Assembly: GCA_013416795.1 (NCBI GenBank) | Contig: RQSC01000028.1 | Location: 651,138-687,890, forward strand | Length of the DNA stretch: 36,753 nt | Direction of reading: 5' to 3' | DNA from: Prasinococcaceae sp. CCMP 1430 | Lineage: Eukaryota; Plantae; Prasinodermophyta | Part shown: positions 8,884 to 16,867 of the stretch, in pieces | Numbering within the stretch: the stretch's first letter is position 1 | Layout of the letters: every line of letters starts with the position of its first letter | Notes under the pieces: model-generated | The model's input: only the letters and a program-made list of their open reading frames with translations | Told to the model about the DNA's origin: nothing | The model's database searches: none | Translations under genes and position numbers: made by a program

Positions 8884-11169
8884 TTACGGAGCTGCACTAT
8901 GAGGGGTGATTTCGGGCAGCAGTGCCGCTGACTCGGAGTCGTTCGGCCGCTCCTCCTCATCACTGCACGCGCCGTCGTGGGCGTCGCCTGCTGCGGACGC
9001 GATGGGTGAGAGGGTGCTGTCACCGCCTCCACTGCGGCTACCCATGCTGCGGCTGCTGCTAATGCCTTCCTGCGATGGGCTTTCCACCAGGGTAGGCATT
9101 GTCACAAGTGCCTTGCCCGCGGGATGCGGTGGCGAGAACATCGCCCCGAGCATGCCCTGCTCCTCGTCACATGGCAGTGTTTGCGCGTGCCCCCTACCAT
9201 CAGTAGAGTCGCTGCCTTGGCCGGCCGATGACCGTGCATGCACGCCACGCGGCGGCGACATCGGGTCCGTGGCATCGTCGCAAAGTGGCGCGGGAAATGC
9301 CACGCTCAAAGCGACACCTGTGCCGAGGATAGCCGAGACGATTCCCAGTGAAGCTCCCACTGGCACCTTCACAACATCGGCAAGCGCGAGCACCATCTTG
9401 ACGCCAATGAAAAAGAGCGTGATGGCCACAGCGGGCTGCAGGAAGCGCGCGGAGGCGACTGCGTGGTGCACGAACGCGTACAGCGCACGCAGCGACAGGA
9501 TAGCAAACATGTTGCTGGTGTACACGACGAATGCGTCTTGTGTGATGCCAAACACGGCGGGGATGCTGTCCACCGCAAACACGACATCGGAGATCTCGAT
9601 CACAGCAACCACCAGCACAAGCGGAGTGAACCGGCGACGACCGGTAGGAGAGCGTTGCGCCGAAATGAAGTTGTCTCCTTCGTAGCGATCAGTCACGGGT
9701 ATGAGCTTGCGGCAGAGCTTCACCGTCCAATTGTCAGACAGATCGCCGTCGTCGTCGTCCCCGCCGTCGTCAAAGAGCAGCTTGATGCTGCTATACACCA
9801 GGATAAGAGCAAAGATCCCAAGCAGCCACTCAAAACGCTGCAGTAATGCAGCGCCCAAGATGATGAAGATGGCACGCATGATAGCGGCGCCAACGATGCC
9901 CCACGCGAGCGCCTTGTCCTGCGCGAAAGCGGGTACGCGAAAGTAGGAGAACACAAGGTTGAACACGAAAAGATTGTCTACCGACAGAGACTGCTCCACA
10001 AGGTACCCTGCGAAATACTCTGCAACGCTGCTCGGGCCTTTGTACAAGAACATTCCGAGGCCGAATATGGTGGACGCTGCCACCCAAAGCAGGAGTTTTG
10101 TGTGCGCCGCACCGCTGGCAGCGCTGCGCGCCACCACGGCAACGCCCCTGCCCACCGCGTTCGAGGCAGAACCCACGCGCTCGAAGCCACGGATGAAGGT
10201 GCTCGAGGCCACGCGGCTCAATCGGCGGATTCCACTCAGACGCGGCCGCGGCCGGCGCGGCGGCGGGAGGCTGAAGCGCAGAGCGCTCGGCACAAAGACG
10301 CGCAAGTTGCCCCAACCGTTCTTGCCAGCGTCTCCAGCACGGGCGCCCGCTTCTGCGCCTTCTTGCGAGGTGTTGGATGCTCGAGAGAGTAGCCTGGCGC
10401 CTTCGTCGTCTTCACCGTCTTCGCTCGCGCTGCTTCCCATGTATGGCAACATGTGAGGGTGATCGTCATCGCTGCTTTGTATCTCATGCTGAATGTCGAC
10501 CAGACGGAAGTCTTCCGCGTGCGCGGCGGCGCTTGCTGCTGTCGATGCCTGTTGGCGCTTGTGTTTGTCCCAGGCGTCCGTCGCCGCCGCTTCGCTTGCA
10601 ATGCTGCCATCGTAATTAACAGCCGAGTCTGAGTGCCCTATCGCGTCGTCGTTTGGTGGCGCGAGCGGCGCGGCGCCCTCGCTCGCCCCCCGTCCATCTC
10701 GCACATCAACTCCGACTTCTGCCTGGAACTCGGAGTGCGGGCCTGCCTCTACAATTTCACCGGGAGGTGGACAGGATCCGCCGCGTGGCGCGGCGAATGC
10801 ATTTCCGCCATCGATGTTGTTGGCGCTTCCTCTTCGACGGAGGCTTTCGCGAGTGAGCAGTCCTCGTTCGGCTGCAGTCGCGCCGCCACCGTCGAGCATT
10901 GCGCCGGCGCTCTTTGTTCGCCTCGAGCCGCGCTTCGCGCCGCCGGCGGACGCCCTTATGCGCGCGCCGCCGCTGTGCCGCCGCCGCAGAGAACGACGCG
11001 CACGGGAGTCACTGTCGCTACTACCCTCAGAGTGGCCTGAGCTGTTGCCGAGCTCCTCATCTGAGCTCAACGCCGACTTGACGAGCAGCTCGCCCGAGCC
11101 GGCCTTGCAAAATCGCGACGCGGCTATCACCGCGCGCGCGGCCGCGCGCAGCCGCCTGCCGCGACGCAT
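8884..11169 (-). CDS. TERC: TerC/Alx-family integral membrane protein (plant TERC-like core) with long disordered N- and C-terminal extensions
   Basis: EYFAGYLVEQSLSVDNLFVF, IEISDVVFAVDSIPAVFGITQDAFVVYTSNMFAIL and LQPAVAITLFFIGVKMVL. The first credible ATG is at 11169. The frame also runs from a CAG acceptor at 11218, so an upstream exon may exist. Confidence 0.9.
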   Translation of the reverse strand: MRRGRRLRAAARAVIAASRFCKAGSGELLVKSALSSDEELGNSSGHSEGSSDSDSRARRSLRRRHSGGARIRASAGGAKRGSRRTKSAGAMLDGGGATAAERGLLTRESLRRRGSANNIDGGNAFAAPRGGSCPPPGEIVEAGPHSEFQAEVGVDVRDGRGASEGAAPLAPPNDDAIGHSDSAVNYDGSIASEAAATDAWDKHKRQQASTAASAAAHAEDFRLVDIQHEIQSSDDDHPHMLPYMGSSASEDGEDDEGARLLSRASNTSQEGAEAGARAGDAGKNGWGNLRVFVPSALRFSLPPPRRPRPRLSGIRRLSRVASSTFIRGFERVGSASNAVGRGVAVVARSAASGAAHTKLLLWVAASTIFGLGMFLYKGPSSVAEYFAGYLVEQSLSVDNLFVFNLVFSYFRVPAFAQDKALAWGIVGAAIMRAIFIILGAALLQRFEWLLGIFALILVYSSIKLLFDDGGDDDDGDLSDNWTVKLCRKLIPVTDRYEGDNFISAQRSPTGRRRFTPLVLVVAVIEISDVVFAVDSIPAVFGITQDAFVVYTSNMFAILSLRALYAFVHHAVASARFLQPAVAITLFFIGVKMVLALADVVKVPVGASLGIVSAILGTGVALSVAFPAPLCDDATDPMSPPRGVHARSSAGQGSDSTDGRGHAQTLPCDEEQGMLGAMFSPPHPAGKALVTMPTLVESPSQEGISSSRSMGSRSGGGDSTLSPIASAAGDAHDGACSDEEERPNDSESAALLPEITPHSAAP

Positions 11170-11217
11170 GGCGAGCGTGGCGCGGCGGGCGGCAGCGCCA
11201 GCACCCACCGATCGCGG

Positions 11218-11218
<1 letters not shown>

Positions 11219-11274
<56 letters not shown>
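11219..11274. repeat. Perfect (TG)28 microsatellite
   Basis: Read directly from the sequence. Confidence 0.98.
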
Positions 11275-11275
<1 letters not shown>

Positions 11276-11493
11276 ATGGGTTTCGCTTTTGCTGACACGC
11301 ACACGGGTACACACACACGCCCTCGCTCGTGCATCCACTCGCGCACCCTTCCGCCGCACACAGGTGGTCGCGGGCGACGGCGAGCAGGCGCCCCTGCGCG
11401 TGGCGCTGCGCGGCGCGGGCTGGGCGCGCGGCGCCTTCGTCGTGGGCGGCGACGCTCCGCCCCCGGGCGCGCGCGACCCCGTCCTCGCGCACG

Positions 11494-11698
11494 GTGAGTG
11501 TGTGTGTGTGTATTGTGCGTGTGTGTGCGCGCATGCTCCTGCGCGCGCACGCGCATCACTCTGAGAGCGTATGTGTCGCTGTCACCGCCCGCGCCAGCGC
11601 GTGCATTTTGTGTTGTTGACGACCACTGACACACGCGCGGTCGCACACACACACATACACATACGCGCGCGCGCGCACACACACGCATGCACACACAG
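11494..11698 (+). other. Spliceosomal intron (205 nt, phase 1) with TG-rich 5' end and CA-rich 3' end
   Basis: GTGAGT donor, CACAG acceptor, and a perfect 17-bp inverted repeat at 11516-11532 / 11671-11687. Confidence 0.85.
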
Positions 11699-11919
11699 CT
11701 GACGGCGAGGGTGTGCTTGACGCGGACTCCGACGCCGAGCACGAGGTGGTCCTCACCCTCCCCGGCGATCTGGCGCCCGGCGAGGCCGCCGAGGCGAGCC
11801 TCTTCGTGGGCAGCCTGCCGAACGCCCCCGCCGCCGCAACCTTCGAGCTCGGCGCGGTGACGGAGGCGGCCGCGGCGGCGGGATGGAGCGTCTCGGCGGG
11901 GCAGGACGGCGGCCTGAAG

Positions 11920-12125
11920 GTGTGTGTGTGTGATTGTGTTTGTGTGTATGATTGAGTGTGTGTGTGTGTGTGTTTGCAGGTCCATGTGTGCCTCCGCCGC
12001 CCTTCGCTTCGATGTGTGCGTGCATGTGTGAAGGTGCTTGCCATTGACACGCACACACACACATACACATACACACACATACGCGTGCACACACACACAT
12101 ACACACACATGCAACGCACTCGCAG
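11920..12125 (+). other. Spliceosomal intron (206 nt, phase 0) with TG-rich 5' end and CA-rich 3' end
   Basis: AAG|GTGTGT donor and TCGCAG acceptor; the join reads G-L-K-G-S-A-Q-P-G. Confidence 0.75.
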
Positions 12126-12833
12126 GGCTCGGCGCAGCCCGGCTCCCGCGCGGTCATCGCCTTCGCCTTCGCGCCGCCCGCGACCGCTGCCGGCGGCGCC
12201 GTCGGCGGCCGGGGTCCTGGCCGGCCTGGCCGCCCGTGCCAGTGGGGCCGCACGCGCGGGTCAGCAAGGTGGCGACAGAGATCTCGTCAGTAGCCGCCCC
12301 CTCGGGGCCGGCAGGCCCGCCCGGGGGCGGGCGTCACGGGGGCCGCGCTCTGCAGTGCGCACTGTGGTGTCAGCGGCGCTGCGCGCGGCGCCACCAATGT
12401 TTTCGCCTGGATTTTTTTTTTTGGCCGTGCTAATTTTTGCGGGCGAACGTGCAAGGCCGCGCTCGGCGGCGCCGGGTGCCACAGTGCCGCCGCCAGGTGC
12501 AACAGTGTGCGCGACCCTCGCCCTCGTCCATGCCCCTCCCCGCCACCTCGCCCTTGACGTGACGTCCTTGGAGGCGCCGACCCCGGCGCGAGGTGCCGGG
12601 CTACGTCGCTTGCCATACTTGCCGCCTACGGACGTCGCGGTCTCAGGCGCGGTCGGGACTTGGCGTGGATGACACCCCCCACACGCAACGGTGCACCGCG
12701 CACGGTGCCGCTGGGCTCATGTGGTAGCGCGGGCGTGCTCGCCCCGTGGCGCCGCCGGCGCACTCTGGGGTGTGTGCACCGCATGGTCTCTATTTTTTTT
12801 TTTTTTACAGTGGGCGCTCGGCGGCCCCGCCGC

Positions 12834-14189
12834 TCAATGGGTGAGCTTCTCTTTCTTGGTCACCTCGAGGATCATGGGCGTGAGGTCCTTCCCCTGCGCC
12901 GCCCACTCGTCCATGCAGGCCTTGGTGTAGTCCTCAAACATGCGCTCCTCCTCATCGAGGATCTGGCGCGTGACGCGCGCCTCCTCAAGCGCCTGCGCCT
13001 TGGCGGCCTGCTTCCTGCGCGCCTTGCGCTCGATCTGCTTGAAGTGGTAGCTCTGCAGCGCCTTGGCCTTGTCCACTTGCGCCAGGCGCGCTGCCTCGTC
13101 CTCCTTGGCGAGGCGCTCCGTTCGCGCCTTCCACTGCTCGATGAACTCCTTCTCCTCGCGCTTCTCGACCGCGCGCCTTGCCGCGCGGATCTGCAGCTGC
13201 TGCTCGCGCGAGCGGTCGATGGCGTCCATCTCCTGGCGGCGGAACTCGGCCATCAGCTCGTCGTGCGCCTCCTGCTCCTTCTGCTTGGTGTCGGCCTGGT
13301 TGGCCAGCTGGTCTTCGCGCTCCGCCTGCAGCCTTAACAGCAGCGCCTGGTGCTTCTCTACCATGGCGTCGCGGAGGCGATTCTTCTCCGCGGTGGTCTC
13401 CTCCTCGTACCTGCGCCGCTCCGCCATCATTGCCTCCTTCTTGGCTACGTACGCCTCGATCTGCGCGTCAGCCTCCTTGTCCCGGCGCAGCTCCTCGGCC
13501 TTGTGGCGCTTCAGCTCCAGGTTGACCTTCATGGTGGCCTCGTTGGCCGCCTTAGCGCGCGCGCGACGAGCCTCATCCTCTTCGCGCATGAGCGCGCGCT
13601 CCTTGACGTCCCTCTCCAGGAGCTGGCGCCCGGTCTCCATCCGCTCGGCCCTCTCTGCGAGGATGGTCTGCCTGAGCTCATTGAGCTGCTCGTCCTGTAT
13701 CTCACGCTGCTTGAAGGCCTTCTCCATGCGCACCTGGATGGCGGCGAGCTCCTTCTGCTCGGCCTCCTCAAGTGCCACGCGCTGGGCGACCACGAAGCGC
13801 TCCTCTCGCACCTGCTCGCGACGCGCCACCTCGCGCTTGTACGCGATCTGAGCCTCCCTCTCCTTGAGCACATCCGACAAAAGCAGCCGCGAGTGGAACT
13901 TCTTCGTGCGGTCCGTCTCGTCGTACAGCCGCTTGTTGGCGCGCTCGATAAGGTCGCGGCGCTGCGCGCGGCGCAGGGCAGCCTCCTCGGCATCGATCTC
14001 CTTTCGCTTCTCCTCCTCCTCGGCGAGGCGGCGGGCGCGCTCGGCGCCCTCCGCCCTTCGCTGCCCCTCGATGGTATTGGACCACTTTGAGGCGCGCGTC
14101 TTGGACATCTGCTGCAACGACACGCGCTGCACGACACCGCGTGCGTTGGGTGCGGGAGGCGGCGAGGGGGGCGGCGCATATGTCAGCAT
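12834..14189 (-). CDS. CFAP210: Cilia- and flagella-associated protein 210 (CCDC173)-like trichohyalin-plectin-homology coiled-coil protein; 5' end uncertain
   Basis: SKWSNTIEG..RANKRLYDETDRTKKFHSRLLLSDVLKEREAQI matches CCDC173/FAP210 (..KNFHSGLLLSRVMKERDAQI), followed by a long E/R/K/A coiled coil. CTGAC plus CAG sites near 14185-14110 suggest a further upstream exon. Confidence 0.8.
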   Translation of the reverse strand: MLTYAPPPSPPPAPNARGVVQRVSLQQMSKTRASKWSNTIEGQRRAEGAERARRLAEEEEKRKEIDAEEAALRRAQRRDLIERANKRLYDETDRTKKFHSRLLLSDVLKEREAQIAYKREVARREQVREERFVVAQRVALEEAEQKELAAIQVRMEKAFKQREIQDEQLNELRQTILAERAERMETGRQLLERDVKERALMREEDEARRARAKAANEATMKVNLELKRHKAEELRRDKEADAQIEAYVAKKEAMMAERRRYEEETTAEKNRLRDAMVEKHQALLLRLQAEREDQLANQADTKQKEQEAHDELMAEFRRQEMDAIDRSREQQLQIRAARRAVEKREEKEFIEQWKARTERLAKEDEAARLAQVDKAKALQSYHFKQIERKARRKQAAKAQALEEARVTRQILDEEERMFEDYTKACMDEWAAQGKDLTPMILEVTKKEKLTH

Positions 14190-15384
14190 CACGTCGCCCA
14201 CCACAAGTCACCGGCCTACCCGTCCCCACGCGCTTCGAGCACGCCTCTGAGCGAATGCGCGCACGCGTCGCCGCGGCGCGAAACGCTCACGGCCGCCCCC
14301 GCGCAGCAGTGCGCGTCGTGCAGAGCGGGCGAGGGCGCGCGCGCAGCTCGCGTGCGAGAGCACGTGCGCAAGCACACCCTCCCTTCCGCTAACCACACCG
14401 CTGCCGCCTCTCGCTGACCCCTCGCCCACGCCCACCCCCTTACCCTGCCCACACCTAACCCCCAACCCACTCGGGGAACACAAGCGCGCGCCCGGCTCGT
14501 GCGCACTCGCGCGCGCGCCCGCGGCTCGTCCCCTCCCTCGCCTGCATTCTCCCCAGCCCCCGCGCCCTCCCTCAGCAACTCACCCGCCACGGCACCTCCC
14601 TCTACCCCTCCACCGCACGCGGCGCCGCTTCCCCGCCCGCCCGCCGAGGGGTGGTGAGGCGCGCTGGTGAAGGGGGTTGGGTCCCCCCTCTCTGCCAGCG
14701 GCTGCGCGCGCGGTTCCCCCGGCGACGGCGCGCGCGCGCGCCGGGGAACCGCCCCGATACCAGTCGCACACGTTCTCGATTCTCGCACCAATAATACATT
14801 CGTTCTGAAGTCATACGTACCCACGGGAGGCGACGTGTTTGCGTTTGTTTGCGATGTGTGCTCGCGTGAACGTTGGCGCACGTGTCGTCGACCGCAGCGG
14901 CGTGAGTGCCGCGGCACCCCCGTCCGCGAGGCGAGCCGAGCCTCCGTCCGTGTGCAGGCGGGCGCTGGCCGTGTGAGGGCGTGATGATGAGGCTCGCCAT
15001 CGACAGCGCCGCGCACCCACCAGCCAGCCGGCCGCGCGCAGGTCCCCCCCCCTCCGATCCCGGCGCGCATTGGTTGGCGCGCGGCGAGCGACGCGACGCG
15101 ACGCGGGCGCGAGTCGCGCGGCCGGCCTCTCCCGCTGCCGCGGCGGGGAGCGCGCGCGGTCGCGCAGTTGACAGCAAGTACGCAGCGCACGTCGGCCCCA
15201 CGCGTCACTCTTCCCCGCCGCAGCGCGCAAGCGTCCCGGCCGCAGCGCAGAGCCCGCGCCGCTTTGGGCGCGCGCGCGCGCCCCACTCACTCGCGCGCCG
15301 GATGCGGCGCGCGCCTGCGTTTCGACCTCCCCAACCAACGGAAGGCGCCCGCACCCCGCCCATTTAGGGTCAACTCTGTAAGGG

Positions 15385-15392
15385 TTTATATA
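15385..15392 (-). promoter_or_regulatory. TATA-like element (TATATAAA on the minus strand)
   Basis: Isolated AT island in a very GC-rich spacer between divergent genes. Confidence 0.45.
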
Positions 15393-15445
15393 CACATTTT
15401 TGCACTTGAATTTGATGAGACCCGACGCGATGAGGACTGACAGAT

Positions 15446-15689
15446 CGAGGTCACTCCGCATGCGCGCAGGCGGCGACGGGCAGTGACCCACCGAGGTCAA
15501 AATGCATCGCGCCGCGCGTCGAACTGGGCCGCGAAAGCGCACAAAAAATTGGTATCGCGATGCCAACGCGATGGGGCACGGCGCACCGAGGTCACTCCCC
15601 GTGCGAGCGATGGGCGATGGGGGGTGACGCACCGAGGTCAAAACGCATGCTGAAAAATTGCAAAAGCGTCAAAATAACTGGTATCGCGA
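15446..15689 (+). repeat. Diverged 141-bp tandem duplication with conserved motifs (CGAGGTCACTCC / GTGAC-CACCGAGGTCAAAAyGCAT / TGGTATCGCGA)
   Basis: CGAGGTCA occurs at 15446, 15492, 15587 and 15633; TGGTATCGCGA occurs at 15550 and 15679. Confidence 0.85.
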
Positions 15690-16780
15690 CGCGCGCGCGC
15701 GTTCGCGCGGCCGCCGCGCGCGCCGCATGCGGGTCCAAGGGGCGGGTGCTCGGCAGCGCGCTAGCAGCGGGGGGCGCGGCTGCTGGCGCGGTCGGCGTAG
15801 GCATGGTTGTGGGCGCGGCCGCCGACGCGTCCACGGCGGGAGTCGCCGCGTCGGCGTCCCCTGCGGCAGGCGCTCACGACCACGAGCGTGCGGCCGCGTC
15901 CGCCGCCGACGACTTCATGCGGTCCTCCGGGGCCGGGGAGAACGCGCTCGCGCAGTCCCTCGGGCGGTCGGGCGGCGCTGTGGACAACGCAAAGGGCTGC
16001 CTGGGCGTCGCCATGGTGCAGGCTGCGGCTGGAGGCGGCGGCGGCTCTGGCGGCGCGCTCATCGACGCACTGCGCAAAGACTTCCGCGCCGCGCTCGACC
16101 TGCGCGCCAGGCAGGAGGAGGGGCTGCTCAAGGTCGCGGCGGCGCGCGCGGGCGCGGCGGCCTTCTCGAGCCTGCCCGACGGGAGGCTCGCCGTGCGCTA
16201 CACCGCGGGCGACAGGAGCTGCGCCTCGGGGGCGGGGCGGGCGGCCTCGGGCGCGCGAGGCGAGGTCGTGGCCGACCTCCCCGCGCAGCTGCTGCCGCTG
16301 CTGCTCAAGGCGCTCGTCGGTGACGCCGCCCAGTCGGAGGCCGTGCGTGGCCACCTCCAGCCCGAGAGCATGGCCGTGGTTTGCCCGCGCGTCTTCTGGG
16401 CGATAGTGCGGCACGGTGGGGTGGGTAGTGAGGGCCAGACCTTCGACGGAGCGCTGCGTGCGCTCTGCCCCGACTTCGACTGGGACGGCGCGGCCGTCGG
16501 CCAGCGCCTCAGCCAACGGCCCGACCGCTACGAGGGCTACGTCATTGGCGACGCGGCGCAGAGGGCGGGCAGCGACGAGGAGGCCGAGGTGAAGAGGCGC
16601 AAGAAGCGCGCGCCGCGGGGGTCCAAGAGCTCGCCCAAGAGCTCCCAAAAGGCGGGGAAAGGCGAGGCGGACGCCGCCGCGAGCGAGGGCGGCGAAGGGC
16701 ACGCGCCGTCGGGCGAGGTGAGCGCGGCACGAGACGCCACCAAGCCTGCGGGAGCTGGCGACGCGGCAGGGTTGTTGTAA
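15560..16780 (+). CDS. Hypothetical protein (~350-400 aa; start uncertain)
   Basis: Coding-like codon usage from ~15730, a globular-looking block PESMAVVCPRVFWAIVRHGG..ALRALCPDFDW, a basic NLS-like KRRKKR, and stop TAA within TGTAA. Confidence 0.7.
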   Translation: MPTRWGTAHRGHSPCERWAMGGDAPRSKRMLKNCKSVKITGIATRARVRAAAARAACGSKGRVLGSALAAGGAAAGAVGVGMVVGAAADASTAGVAASASPAAGAHDHERAAASAADDFMRSSGAGENALAQSLGRSGGAVDNAKGCLGVAMVQAAAGGGGGSGGALIDALRKDFRAALDLRARQEEGLLKVAAARAGAAAFSSLPDGRLAVRYTAGDRSCASGAGRAASGARGEVVADLPAQLLPLLLKALVGDAAQSEAVRGHLQPESMAVVCPRVFWAIVRHGGVGSEGQTFDGALRALCPDFDWDGAAVGQRLSQRPDRYEGYVIGDAAQRAGSDEEAEVKRRKKRAPRGSKSSPKSSQKAGKGEADAAASEGGEGHAPSGEVSAARDATKPAGAGDAAGLL

Positions 16781-16867
16781 CATAGTGCGGTGCGATTTTT
16801 TGGTCGCGAGCTGTGTGCCACACCACGCGCCTGGGGGGCGTACGCGGCGGTGCGTGCGCTGGGAGCC

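Larger units (their letters stand above)
11364..12293 (+). pseudogene. Orphan 3' fragment of a CFAP74-like gene (C-terminal Ig/ASH-like domains); exons 11364-11493, 11699-11919, 12126-12293; 5' part absent
   Basis: Three exons with canonical, phase-consistent GT-AG junctions encode VALRGAGWARGAFVVGGD..VVLTL..LFVGSL..GWSVS..KGSAQPGSRAVIAFAFAPP. This resembles my recollection of the CFAP74 C-terminus (ILLKG..MFVEGGD, VLLTL, LQVGCI, GFSIEPSRGSVERGQTKTISISW.PP). It may be a normal gene split by assembly rather than a true pseudogene. Confidence 0.6.

Noticed and set aside
11167-11170. Head-to-head overlapping start codons (CATG) for TerC and a plus-strand gene
   Set aside because: The implied plus-strand first exon (MASVARRAAAPAPTDRGC) does not resemble what should precede the CFAP74-like exon, and CATG gives two ATGs trivially.
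11170-12114. N-terminal ~315 codons of the 1076-aa ORF 8884..12114 as part of TerC
   Set aside because: The translation is HTHT/CVCV microsatellite text plus the antisense of the plus-strand exons. It is open only because these repeats and high GC lack stops.
12793-12810. TGT followed by A14 after CFAP210 as a retrocopy poly(A) scar
   Set aside because: Most genes here are intron-poor anyway, no target-site duplication is evident, and it fits an ordinary UGUAA signal in an A-rich 3' UTR.
14710-14752. GC-rich hairpin (10-bp stem GCGGTTCCCC/GGGGAACCGC) as an ncRNA or MITE
   Set aside because: It is a single copy without target-site duplication, and stems of this size are common at this GC content.
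14770-15000. snoRNA/snRNA candidate (GTGATGA box-C-like at ~14981, AT-richer island)
   Set aside because: No box D at a suitable distance, no terminal stem and no Sm site.
15446-15689. CRISPR-like repeat-spacer array
   Set aside because: Only two units, alternating non-identical motifs, a eukaryotic context and no cas genes.
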